Positions 54,530 to 63,293 of a stretch of DNA of 64,000 bases are shown piece after piece. Origin of the DNA: Alphaproteobacteria bacterium (lineage in GTDB: Bacteria; Pseudomonadota; Alphaproteobacteria; MPNO01); NCBI GenBank assembly GCA_965248835.1, contig CBDFLJ010000001.1:384001-448000 (forward strand), read 5' to 3'. The notes under the pieces are model-generated. The model saw nothing but the letters and a program-made list of their open reading frames with translations, ran no database searches and had not been told where the DNA came from. Numbering within the stretch: the first letter of the stretch is position 1; each line of letters opens with the position of its first letter. Position numbers and translations under genes: made by a program.

Positions 54530-55623
54530 GTCCGCCCGCCGGTCTCGCTGCGCTCGAACCCGGCCGGGACAGGTGTATCGGAGCCGGTCAGCGCAATCGC
54601 CTTGAACAGCAGGCCCATCTGGTCGGGGGCGACCAGGCGCCGGCAGCCCGAGCGGATGCCGGCGCGCTGCGCCGGCTTGGCCGCGGCAAGAAGCCGCTGT
54701 TGCCGTGCTTGCAGGCCGAGCCGGGTGAGGAAAACCCCCTGCGGCACCGGTCCGTGGACCGCAGCGCCGCGCGACCGGGCAGCATGGGCCAGCGCCTGGA
54801 AGTCGACATGGGCGGACAGGTCGGCCTCACCCGGCGCATCGAGGACGGCGGCGGGGCGGTGCCGCCTTACCGCCTGCAGCGTCTCGCCGGGTGCGCTCCG
54901 GCCGTGGCCGTAGTCGATGATCAGCGCAGCGCCGCTCGAACCGACGATGCGCTCGGCGATCGACGCAACGACCGCGCATGCGGCCGGGCTGGTCTCCCAC
55001 ACCGCGCCGTCGGGTGCGTCGGGGTCCACCATGTTCGGAACATGCGCCAGCGGGCCGTCGACGAAGCACAGCCGGCCGGTCCCGTGGTCGATTGCGACGC
55101 ACCGCCGATGCCAGCCGGCGCCGTGCCGGACATAGTGTTCGACCGGCAAGGCGTCGAAGAATTCATTGGCGATCAGGATCAACGGGCCTTTGGGCAGGGC
55201 GTGGAGTCCGGCGTGCCAACGCGCCCGGTTGCCGCCAAGGGCGGCGCGCTGCAGGCGTGTGAGCACCGGGCTGGTCTCGATCAGTCGGAGGTCGATCGCG
55301 GCGGCGAATTCCGGCAGCGTCGTCGACGCTGCGCGCAGGACATCGGCCATCAGCGTGCCGCGCCCCGGGCCGAGTTCGGCCAGCACCACCGGTGCCGGCG
55401 CGCCCAGGGACTGCCAGGCGACCGCACACCAGGCACCGATCAACTCGCCGAAGACCTGGCTTATCTCGGGCGCGGTGATGAAGTCGCCGTTCCGCCCCAA
55501 CGGGTCGCGGCCGCGGTAGTAGCCATGATCGGGGTCGTTGTTCGCCGCTTCGATGAACGCCGCCAGCGGCATCGGCCCCTCGCGCTCGATCCGGGCTCGG
55601 ATCACTTCTTCCAGCGGCGTCAT
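54523..55623 (-). CDS. SAM-dependent methyltransferase MidA/NDUFAF7 family
   Basis: GDFITAPEISQVFGE, ELGPGRG, ANEFFDALP, IDYG and DLSAHVDF motifs. Confidence 0.9.
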   Translation of the reverse strand: MTPLEEVIRARIEREGPMPLAAFIEAANNDPDHGYYRGRDPLGRNGDFITAPEISQVFGELIGAWCAVAWQSLGAPAPVVLAELGPGRGTLMADVLRAASTTLPEFAAAIDLRLIETSPVLTRLQRAALGGNRARWHAGLHALPKGPLILIANEFFDALPVEHYVRHGAGWHRRCVAIDHGTGRLCFVDGPLAHVPNMVDPDAPDGAVWETSPAACAVVASIAERIVGSSGAALIIDYGHGRSAPGETLQAVRRHRPAAVLDAPGEADLSAHVDFQALAHAARSRGAAVHGPVPQGVFLTRLGLQARQQRLLAAAKPAQRAGIRSGCRRLVAPDQMGLLFKAIALTGSDTPVPAGFERSETGGRTC

Positions 55624-56408
55624 CGGCGGCATGCGCGGAAGATCAGGTAGAGGCCCGCAAGCAGCAGCGGCAGCGACAGAAGCTGGCCCATGGTCGTGCC
55701 AAGCACGAGGAATCCCAGATGGACGTCGGGCTGGCGGAACAGCTCGGCGAACCCGCGCGCGATCGCGTAGCCGGCGAAGAACGCCCCGCTCACCAGCCCC
55801 GGACGTTCCAGCGCCCGGCCGCGACCGGCCAGGAGCGCCAGGATCGCGAACAGCACCAGGCCCTCGAGCACCGCCTCGTAGAGCTGGCTCGGGTGACGCG
55901 CCAGCGGCCCGCCGCCGGGAAAGACCATGCCCCACGCCGCTGTGGTCGTGCGCCCGTAAAGCTCCCCGTTGATGAAATTGGCGAGCCGGCCGAGGAACAG
56001 CCCGATCGGCACTGCTGCACAAATAAGATCGCCCAGCGCCGGCCACGCGATCCTGCGCGTCCTGGCGAAGGCCACCGAGGCAAGGACCATGCCGCACACC
56101 CCACCATGGAAGGACATGCCGCCCTGCCACATGGCGAGAACCTCGCCGGGGTGATCGAGGAAGTAATCCGGCTTGTAGAACAACACGTAGCCGAGCCGGC
56201 CGCCCAGCACCACGCCAAGCGTCGCCCAGAGTACGAAATCGTCGATATCCCGCGCGGCGATCCGCGCCGGCGACCGCCTGGCCAGGACGATCATGTAGCG
56301 CCAGCCGAGCAGGATGCCCACGACATAGGCCAGCGCGTACCAGCGGATCGCCAGCGGACCGATCTCCAGGGCGACCGGGTCGATGGCTGGGAAGGCGATG
56401 GCGTACAC
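55620..56408 (-). CDS. lgt: Prolipoprotein diacylglyceryl transferase
   Basis: IRWYALAY, GGMSFHGG, GRLANFINGELYGR and HPSQLYE motifs. Confidence 0.96.
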   Translation of the reverse strand: MYAIAFPAIDPVALEIGPLAIRWYALAYVVGILLGWRYMIVLARRSPARIAARDIDDFVLWATLGVVLGGRLGYVLFYKPDYFLDHPGEVLAMWQGGMSFHGGVCGMVLASVAFARTRRIAWPALGDLICAAVPIGLFLGRLANFINGELYGRTTTAAWGMVFPGGGPLARHPSQLYEAVLEGLVLFAILALLAGRGRALERPGLVSGAFFAGYAIARGFAELFRQPDVHLGFLVLGTTMGQLLSLPLLLAGLYLIFRACRR

Positions 56409-56424
56409 CGACCGACGCTCCGGT

Positions 56425-57354
56425 TCAGAGGTAGGGGTCGGCGTGGGCGAGAAAGCCGCCGACGTAACGCGCGACACCTTCCTCGAGCGGGGTGAACCGT
56501 GCCGTGTAGCCGGCGGCGCGCAGCCGGTCCAACACGGCCTGGGTGAAACACTGGTCGTCCTCGCCGCTGTACGAAAAGCCGGGTTCGGGCTCTTCGCCTT
56601 GCGCGCGGCCGACGGCGGCGACGACCTCGGCGGTGCTGCGCGCGACCCCGGTGCCCAGGTTGAACAGCCCGCTGACCTCCAGCGTGTCCAGCAGCCAAAG
56701 CATCACATCCACGCAATCGCCGACCCAGACGCGGTCGCGCCTCGACTCGGGCAGGCGCGTCCGGCCGCGCCATGCCCTGAGCGGCAGGCTCGGATCGGCA
56801 TCGCGGTGGTACTCGTTAGGCCCATAAGGGTCGAACAGCTTGAGGCCGGCCCATTGCGGCGGGCGCGGCGCGCCGGCGGTAATGGTCCGGGCGACCGCCC
56901 GATCGAACAGGTGCCGGGTCCAACCGCGCGCCGTGCTCGGCCGAAGGCGCGCCAGCGCGGCCTCGTCGATGTCGTCCTCGAAGCCCGCCTCGCCGTTGCC
57001 ATAGGTCTCCACGCTGGACGCATAGATCAGGCGCACGCCATGGGCCGCGCACCAGGCCCATAGGGTGGCCGCATTGTGATAGTTGCGCCGCAGCAGCTCA
57101 TCGACATCGTCGGCCTCGCCGTCGGCGTCCTCGGCCAGATGAAAGACCGCCTCGATCGGCGCGGCGGTCTCATCGAGGAAGGACATCAACCCCTCCGGCG
57201 CTATGATCGTAGCGATGTCGCGCTTGGCGATATTGCGCCATTTCACGCCGTTGCCCAGCCGGTCGCACACCACCAGCCCCGTGTGGCCACGGGCTTCCAA
57301 CCCGGCGATGAGGTTGGAGCCGACGAACCCGGCCCCACCGGTGACGACGATCAT
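56425..57354 (-). CDS. ADP-glyceromanno-heptose 6-epimerase (HldD/RfaD)-like protein with a degenerate active site
   Basis: MIVVTGGAGFVGSN, KWRNIAKR, YASS, PPQWAGLK and FNLGTG motifs; the YxxxK motif is absent. Confidence 0.75.
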   Translation of the reverse strand: MIVVTGGAGFVGSNLIAGLEARGHTGLVVCDRLGNGVKWRNIAKRDIATIIAPEGLMSFLDETAAPIEAVFHLAEDADGEADDVDELLRRNYHNAATLWAWCAAHGVRLIYASSVETYGNGEAGFEDDIDEAALARLRPSTARGWTRHLFDRAVARTITAGAPRPPQWAGLKLFDPYGPNEYHRDADPSLPLRAWRGRTRLPESRRDRVWVGDCVDVMLWLLDTLEVSGLFNLGTGVARSTAEVVAAVGRAQGEEPEPGFSYSGEDDQCFTQAVLDRLRAAGYTARFTPLEEGVARYVGGFLAHADPYL

Positions 57355-57458
57355 GCTGCCCCGCGCACGCTGACCGGCGTCCTTATAGGGGCGCACGAGC
57401 CGGACCGGCAAGCGGCAGTTGGATTGCCGGCGATCCGGATCCGAACCATAATGGCGCA

Positions 57459-57725
57459 ATGCGATCGAAGAACCGCCTTTTCGAGGATGCCGCACGCGTC
57501 GCCGAAGGCGCGCTGGGCACCATGGTCGGGCTGCGGCGCGAGGTCGAAGCCATGGTCCGGGCACAGTTCGAGCGCATGCTGGTCGGGATGGACCTGGTCA
57601 AGCGCGAGGAGTTCGAGGCGGTGCGCGAGATGGCCGCCAACGCGCGCGCCGAGCAGGAACGGCTGGCCGAGCGGCTCGCCGCACTCGAAGCGGCGCGGGA
57701 CGCCGGTCGCACGGGCGAGGGCTGA
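57459..57725 (+). CDS. UbiK/BMFP accessory factor family protein
   Basis: NRLFEDAAR...DLVKREEFEAVREMA..AR.E...L..RLAALE coiled coil. Confidence 0.85.
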   Translation: MRSKNRLFEDAARVAEGALGTMVGLRREVEAMVRAQFERMLVGMDLVKREEFEAVREMAANARAEQERLAERLAALEAARDAGRTGEG

Positions 57726-57827
57726 CCGGCCCGGCGGACTCGCCGCAGACCCGGACTTATCCCCAGACGGCGGCCAAACCCGCCCGCCGGCCAGGCAAAA
57801 CCCTTGCAACGCCGAATCGGATCTGGC

Positions 57828-57876
57828 ACGCTACATATTGTAGTCGTGGCGCCAGAGACTCCACAATATCTGGTCA
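57828..57876. promoter_or_regulatory. Tandem NrdR-box-like operators
   Basis: acgCTACATATTGTag (57828-57843) and ccaCAATATCTGGtca (57861-57876) compared with the consensus acaCwAtATaTwGtgt. Confidence 0.55.
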
Positions 57877-57940
57877 TTTCCGCGAATTTGCGTCGCCGGT
57901 ATCGGGTGCGTTCGCGGCGGCGTTGCCCGGGATCAATCGC

Positions 57941-58444
57941 ATGGACATTGAATTGGAAAGCCACTACGAGGTCGGGGCGAATCCGCTCGACCTGATGGAG
58001 GAGTTGGCTTCGGCCAACGAGTGGCGGTTCGACCGGTCCGGCCCGCAGGACCTTTCGCTGGAGGCCGCCGGACACTGGTGCGATTACCGGATTTTCATGA
58101 CTTGGCATCCCGATGTCCGCGCATTGCTGTATGCCTGCGCCTACGAATTGCGGGTTCCGGAGCAGCTACGCTCGCGGGTGGCGGTGCTGATCGCCATGGT
58201 CAACGAACGTCTGATCATCGGCCATTTCGACCTGTGGATCGGCGACGGGCTGGTCGTTTACCGGCATGCGCTGCTGCTGCGCGGGATCTCCGCGGCAAGC
58301 GTCGAGCAGCTCGAGGACCTGGTCGACATATCGCTCAATGAATGCGAACGTTTCTACCCGGCCTTTCAGTTCGTCATCTGGGGCGGCAAGGAGCCGGCGG
58401 AGGCCATCGAAGCCGCGATCCTGGAAACCAGCGGCGAGGCCTGA
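57941..58444 (+). CDS. YbjN domain-containing protein
   Basis: NPLDLME...W.FDR, GHFDLW and CERFYPAFQFVIWGG...ET.GEA. Confidence 0.88.
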   Translation: MDIELESHYEVGANPLDLMEELASANEWRFDRSGPQDLSLEAAGHWCDYRIFMTWHPDVRALLYACAYELRVPEQLRSRVAVLIAMVNERLIIGHFDLWIGDGLVVYRHALLLRGISAASVEQLEDLVDISLNECERFYPAFQFVIWGGKEPAEAIEAAILETSGEA

Positions 58445-58459
58445 ACGGAGGGAGGCCGC

Positions 58460-59275
58460 ATGGGCGAACGTCTGCTTCTGGTCGGCTGCGGCAAGATGGG
58501 CGGCGCGATGCTGTCCGGCTGGATGGAACGGGGCCGCGCGGCGGAGGACATCGTCGTGGTCGAGCCGGCCGCGGCCGCGGCCGCGGCGACCCGTTCACGC
58601 CACGGGGTGCGCGTGCTGGCCGATGCTGGAGCGATTGCGGACGATCAGCCACCGTCCGTCGTCGTCTTTGCGGTCAAGCCGCAAGGCCTGCCCGAAATCG
58701 CGCCGGCTTATGCCCCGCTTGCCGGCGCCGACACGGTATTTCTTTCGATCGCCGCCGGCAGGCCGTCGGGTTTCTTCGAGGCGGCACTCGGCGAGAACGC
58801 GGCCGTGGTGCGCAGTATGCCCAACACCCCGGCCGCGGTCGGGCGTGGGATCACCGCCGCCTACGCCAACCGCAAGGTCAGCCCGGCGCAGCGGAGCCTG
58901 TGCCAGGGGCTGCTGGAAGCCGTCGGCGAGGTCGTCTGGCTCGACGACGAGGAGTTGATGGATGCGGTCACCGCGGTCTCGGGCAGCGGGCCGGCCTATG
59001 TGTTTTTGCTGATCGAAAGCCTTACCGAGGCCGGAATCGCCGAGGGCCTGCCGGCCGAGATCGCCGCCAGGCTGGCGCGGGCGACGGTCGCCGGCTCGGG
59101 CGAACTCGCCCGGCAATCGAGCGAGGAAGCCGCCCAGCTTCGCATCAACGTCACCAGCCCGGGCGGCACGACCGAGGCCGCGCTCGGCGTCCTGATGGCC
59201 GGCGACGGTCTTGGACCGCTGATGCGCCGGGCTGTCGAGGCGGCCGCGCGCCGTTCGCGCGAGCTCGCCGGGTAG
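58460..59275 (+). CDS. proC: Pyrroline-5-carboxylate reductase
   Basis: GCGKMG, AVKPQ, RSMPNTP, SGSGPAY and VTSPGGTT motifs. Confidence 0.96.
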   Translation: MGERLLLVGCGKMGGAMLSGWMERGRAAEDIVVVEPAAAAAAATRSRHGVRVLADAGAIADDQPPSVVVFAVKPQGLPEIAPAYAPLAGADTVFLSIAAGRPSGFFEAALGENAAVVRSMPNTPAAVGRGITAAYANRKVSPAQRSLCQGLLEAVGEVVWLDDEELMDAVTAVSGSGPAYVFLLIESLTEAGIAEGLPAEIAARLARATVAGSGELARQSSEEAAQLRINVTSPGGTTEAALGVLMAGDGLGPLMRRAVEAAARRSRELAG

Positions 59276-59345
59276 GCCGCTGCCGTCGATCCCGATGGCG
59301 TAGCGTTTCGGTCGTGAAGGCTCCAGCAGCTTCCTCGGGTCGGGA

Positions 59346-60587
59346 TTACGCGACGGCGCTTTCGAAGACGCCATTGCGCATTACCCCGACACACGGGTTG
59401 ACGCCGAACCAGTAGCACAGCTCGGCCGGCTGCTCGATGTCCCAGAACGCCAAGTCGGCGCGCTTGCCGATCTCGATCGTGCCGCGGTCCGCAGCCATGC
59501 CAAGGGCGCGCGCGGCAACGCGGGTCACCCCGGCCAGCGCCTCCTCCGGCGTCAGCCGGAATATGGTGCAGGCCATGTTGAGCATCAGCAGCAGCGACGG
59601 CGTGGGCGAGGACCCCGGGTTGAAGTCGGTCGCGACCGCGATTTCCACGCCGCGGCTGCGCAGCGCCTCGATCGGCGGCATCCTGGTCTCGCGCAGGGTG
59701 TAGAAGGCTCCGGGCAGAAGGACGGCGACGGTCCCGGCGTCGGCCATGGCGGCGACTCCCTCCTCGGAGGTGTATTCCAGATGATCGGCCGACAGCGCGC
59801 CATAGCGGGCGGCAAGCGCCGCCCCACCCAGGTCGGAGAGCTGGTCGGCGTGCAGCTTGACCCTGAGGTCGTGATCGCGCGCCGCGGCGAAGACCCGCTC
59901 GGTCTGCCGGGGGGTGAAGCCGATGGTCTCGCAGAACGCATCCAACGCATCGGCAAGCCCCGCCTTGGCGACCGCCGGCAGCATGTCGCCGATCACCAGT
60001 TTGATATAGTCGTCCTGGCGTCCGTTATATTCCGGCGGCAGGGCATGGGCGCCAAGGAAGGTCGTGGCCACGCTGACCGGCAGCGCCTCGCCGAGCCGGC
60101 GCGCCACCCGAAGCTGCTTGAGTTCGCTCGCCCTTTCAAGCCCGTAGCCGGACTTGATCTCGACGGTGGTCACCCCCTCTTTTATCAGATGACGCAGCCG
60201 CGGCAGGGCGGCCTCGAACAGCGCCTCGTCGTCCGCCTCCCTCGTCGCCCGCATGGTCGAGACGATGCCGCCGCCGGCCTGGGCGATCTGCTCATAGCTC
60301 GCTCCGTTGAGCCGCATCTCGAACTCGCCGGCGCGGTTGCCGCCGAAAACCAGGTGGGTGTGGCAGTCGACCAGCCCCGGGGTCACCCAGCGCCCGTCGG
60401 TACGATGCACCTCATGCGCGCAGGTTTCCGGCGGGCCGGGCAAGGCGGACGGCGCGCCGACCCAGGCAATTCGGCCGCCCTTGACCGCGACCGCCGCATC
60501 GGTGACCGCGCCATAGGGCTCGCCGCCCGGCACCATCGTCGCGATATTGACGTTGATCCAAAGACTGTCCCAGATCTCGTTCGCCAT
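59346..60587 (-). CDS. hutI: Imidazolonepropionase
   Basis: [27 protein letters not shown] and ATDFNPG motifs. Confidence 0.96.
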   Translation of the reverse strand: MANEIWDSLWINVNIATMVPGGEPYGAVTDAAVAVKGGRIAWVGAPSALPGPPETCAHEVHRTDGRWVTPGLVDCHTHLVFGGNRAGEFEMRLNGASYEQIAQAGGGIVSTMRATREADDEALFEAALPRLRHLIKEGVTTVEIKSGYGLERASELKQLRVARRLGEALPVSVATTFLGAHALPPEYNGRQDDYIKLVIGDMLPAVAKAGLADALDAFCETIGFTPRQTERVFAAARDHDLRVKLHADQLSDLGGAALAARYGALSADHLEYTSEEGVAAMADAGTVAVLLPGAFYTLRETRMPPIEALRSRGVEIAVATDFNPGSSPTPSLLLMLNMACTIFRLTPEEALAGVTRVAARALGMAADRGTIEIGKRADLAFWDIEQPAELCYWFGVNPCVGVMRNGVFESAVA

Positions 60588-60852
60588 TATTCAACTCCCC
60601 CTGCGGCAACGAGATTACCCGAAACGGCGCGGCTTGGCAGGCCTGGAGCACGTTCCGAACATGCTCTGGCACCACCGCTGCGCTGCAGCTAGGCTGCGGC
60701 CATCCACCCCGAGATGCTCGCAGGGGCAATCGATGAGCGGCCCGACCCTGCTCGACGACAGATGAAAATCCTCGACCCGAAGTCGCGGATGAGCCGACGG
60801 TCCATGGCGGGATCGGCGGGATGGCTGGCGCCTGGATGATCGGAGGCGCGCG

Positions 60853-61647
60853 ATGACCGAGCCGGTCTATGCGTTCTCCGCCGGCACGGCGCCCGTCCTG
60901 GTCAGCATCCCCCACGACGGCCGCCTGATCCCGCCGGAAATCGGCGGCCGCATGACCGGGGAAGCGCTGCGCATTCCCGATACCGACTGGCATGTCGGCC
61001 GGCTATACGATTTCGCCGGCATGATGGGCGCTTCGGTGCTGGCCGCGCGCTATTCGCGTTATGTCGTGGACCTCAACCGCAACCCCGCAGGCGAGGCGCT
61101 CTATCCCGGTGCGGACAATACCGAGATCGTGCCGTCCAGCACCTTTGACCGCGCGCCGATCTACCGCGCCGGCGAGGCGCCGGACGAGGCCGAGATCGCC
61201 GTGCGGGTGCGGGACTACTGGCAGCCCTACCACGACCGGCTCGGTACGGAGATCGCGGCGCTGAAGGACCGTTACGGGCGCGCCGTGGTCTTCGATGCTC
61301 ATTCGATCCGGTCGGTGGTGCCTCGGTTCTTCGAGGGCACGCTGCCGGATTTCAACTTCGGCACGGCATCGGGGGCCAGCGCCGATGCGGGACTGGCTGC
61401 GCGCGCGTTCGCGGTCCTGGATGCGGCTGCGGGCTACACGGCGGCCGACAACGGCCGGTTCACCGGCGGCTACATCACCCGGCGTTACGGCGCGCCAGAA
61501 GACGGCGTGCACGCGATCCAGCTCGAGCTGTCGCAGCGCACCTACATGGACGAGATCTATCCGTTCGACTACCGGCCCGATCTAGCCGGCACGGTGCAAC
61601 CGATCCTGCGCGACCTGCTGGCGGCGATTCTCGAATGGGCGGGATAA
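60853..61647 (+). CDS. hutG: N-formylglutamate deformylase
   Basis: SIPHDG, DTDWHV, SRYVVDLNR, DAHSI, GGYITR and HAIQLE motifs. Confidence 0.93.
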   Translation: MTEPVYAFSAGTAPVLVSIPHDGRLIPPEIGGRMTGEALRIPDTDWHVGRLYDFAGMMGASVLAARYSRYVVDLNRNPAGEALYPGADNTEIVPSSTFDRAPIYRAGEAPDEAEIAVRVRDYWQPYHDRLGTEIAALKDRYGRAVVFDAHSIRSVVPRFFEGTLPDFNFGTASGASADAGLAARAFAVLDAAAGYTAADNGRFTGGYITRRYGAPEDGVHAIQLELSQRTYMDEIYPFDYRPDLAGTVQPILRDLLAAILEWAG

Positions 61648-63008
61648 ACCGGAGCCTGACCTTCGCGCACCTGTCCACGCCCGACGGCTGGCTGTCGCCC
61701 GGCCGGGTGGATATCGAAGACGACGGAACGATCGCCGCGGTCGCGGCCGGCGATGCCGCGTTTGCGTTGCCCGGCACCGCGCTTGCCGGGATGCCCAACC
61801 TGCACAGTCACGCCTTTCAGCGGGCGATGGCTGGGCTCACCGAGCGGGCCGGCCCCGGCGAGGACAGCTTCTGGACTTGGCGCGAGGTGATGTACGGCTT
61901 CGTCGGCCGCCTCGAGCCCGAGGATGTCGAGGCGATCGCCGCACAGCTCTATGTCGAGATGCTCAAGGCCGGCTATACCGCGGTCGGCGAGTTCCACTAT
62001 CTCCACCACGACCGCGACGGCACGCCCTACGGCGATGTCGCGGAGATGGCCGGGCGCGTAACCGCCGCCGCGCGGCGCGCGGGGATCGCGATCACGCTGT
62101 TGCCGGTGCTCTACGATTCGGGTGGATTCGGCGGGGCGCCGCCGGCCGGGGAACAGCGCCGGTTCCTCAACGGTGCCGATCGGCTGCTGCGGATCATCGA
62201 GACCATGACGGAGCGCCACCGGACCGATGCCGAGGTGCGCGTCGGGCTCGCACCCCATAGCCTGCGCGCGGCGAGCCCTGCGGCGCTGGAGACCGCGATC
62301 GCGGGACTCGATGGCCTTGACCCGTCCGCGCCGATCCACATCCACATCGCCGAACAGACCAGGGAGGTCGAGGATTGCCTTGCGTGGTCGGGCAAGCGCC
62401 CCGTCGCCTGGCTGTTCGACAACCATCCCATCGGCCCGCGCTGGTGCCTGGTCCATGCTACCCACATCGATCCGGACGAGAGGCGCGCGCTGTCCGGAAG
62501 CGGCGCGGTCGCCGGCCTGTGTCCCACGACGGAGGCCAATCTCGGCGACGGCATCTTCCCGCTCCAGGCGTTCCTTGCCGATGGCGGCCGATTCGGCGTC
62601 GGCTCGGACAGCCACGTCTCGGTCAGCCCGGTCGAGGAGCTGCGCTGGCTCGAATACGCTCAGCGCCTGACCACGCGCCGCCGGACCGTAAGCGCACCGC
62701 CGGAAGGCTCGAACGGTGCGCGGCTCTATCATGAGGCGATATCGGCCGGCGCCCAGGCGCTGGGGCGTCGCGCCGGGGGCATCGCGCCGGGCAACCGCGC
62801 GGACATCATCGTCCTCGACCACGCCCACCCGCTGCTCGTCGGCAGAACCGGTGATCGATTGCTCGACAGCTACCTGTTCGCCGGCAACGAAAACCTGGTC
62901 CGCGACGTCATGGTCGGCGGCCGCTGGGTGGTGCGTGAGGGCCGGCACGAGAACGAGCAGCCGATCGCGCAAGCCTATCGCCGGGTGATTTCCCGGCTCT
63001 TCGGCTGA
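61635..63008 (+). CDS. hutF: Formimidoylglutamate deiminase
   Basis: PNLHSHAFQRAMAG, EFHYLHH, APHSLRA, HIHIAEQ and CPTTEANLGDG motifs. Confidence 0.95.
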   Translation: MGGINRSLTFAHLSTPDGWLSPGRVDIEDDGTIAAVAAGDAAFALPGTALAGMPNLHSHAFQRAMAGLTERAGPGEDSFWTWREVMYGFVGRLEPEDVEAIAAQLYVEMLKAGYTAVGEFHYLHHDRDGTPYGDVAEMAGRVTAAARRAGIAITLLPVLYDSGGFGGAPPAGEQRRFLNGADRLLRIIETMTERHRTDAEVRVGLAPHSLRAASPAALETAIAGLDGLDPSAPIHIHIAEQTREVEDCLAWSGKRPVAWLFDNHPIGPRWCLVHATHIDPDERRALSGSGAVAGLCPTTEANLGDGIFPLQAFLADGGRFGVGSDSHVSVSPVEELRWLEYAQRLTTRRRTVSAPPEGSNGARLYHEAISAGAQALGRRAGGIAPGNRADIIVLDHAHPLLVGRTGDRLLDSYLFAGNENLVRDVMVGGRWVVREGRHENEQPIAQAYRRVISRLFG

Positions 63009-63080
63009 GAATCGATCAAGGATGCCCCGCCGGCAGTGTTGCAGAAGGGCTGGTGTCAGCGACAGTGCTCCAAAACGGGC

Positions 63081-63109
63081 TTGTCGAGGGAATTGATTGG
63101 CGGCATAAA
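63081..63109 (+). promoter_or_regulatory. Putative sigma70-type promoter of the small structured transcript
   Basis: (C)TTGTCG-N17-CATAAA in an AT-richer patch; transcription start predicted near 63116. Confidence 0.4.
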
Positions 63110-63146
63110 GGTCACCTCAATGCAACAACGGAAAGGAGGTGATCCA

Positions 63147-63218
63147 GTGTCTCATTGTCGCCAACCGCGGACGCGGGTGACCTGGGTCTCCACCTATCGG
63201 GGGCCGTCCGTCGCCTGA
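63147..63218 (+). CDS. Putative 23-aa small peptide MSHCRQPRTRVTWVSTYRGPSVA
   Basis: GTG start 6 nt after AGGAGGT; TGA at 63216-63218; an in-frame ATG also sits at 63120. Confidence 0.45.
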   Translation: MSHCRQPRTRVTWVSTYRGPSVA

Positions 63219-63258
63219 TGCGACGCTCGCGGACACTGCGTTCCGCGGTTAGACAATG

Positions 63259-63288
63259 TAAGGGCCGCCCGGTTACGGGCGGCCCTTA
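63259..63288. terminator. Probable bidirectional intrinsic terminator
   Basis: Perfect 13-bp stem TAAGGGCCGCCCG-gtta-CGGGCGGCCCTTA between convergent units; only a weak U tract. Confidence 0.75.
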
Positions 63289-63293
63289 TCATT

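Larger units (their letters stand above)
63116..63290 (+). ncRNA. Candidate structured small RNA / sORF transcript with an extended 16S-complementary SD
   Basis: GAAAGGAGGTGATCCAG at 63131-63147; long-range pairing of 63153-63182 with 63231-63258; terminator at the 3' end. Confidence 0.55.

Noticed and set aside
57824-57840. Sigma54 promoter-like TGGCACG
   Set aside because: The -12 element TTGC is not at the required spacing (ATAT is found there); the region fits an NrdR box better.
63131-63147. Fragment of a minus-strand 16S rRNA gene
   Set aside because: The match stops at ...GATCCAG; a real 16S would continue CCGCAGGTTCCCCTACGG, but the sequence continues TGTCTCATTG. It was treated as an extended SD instead.
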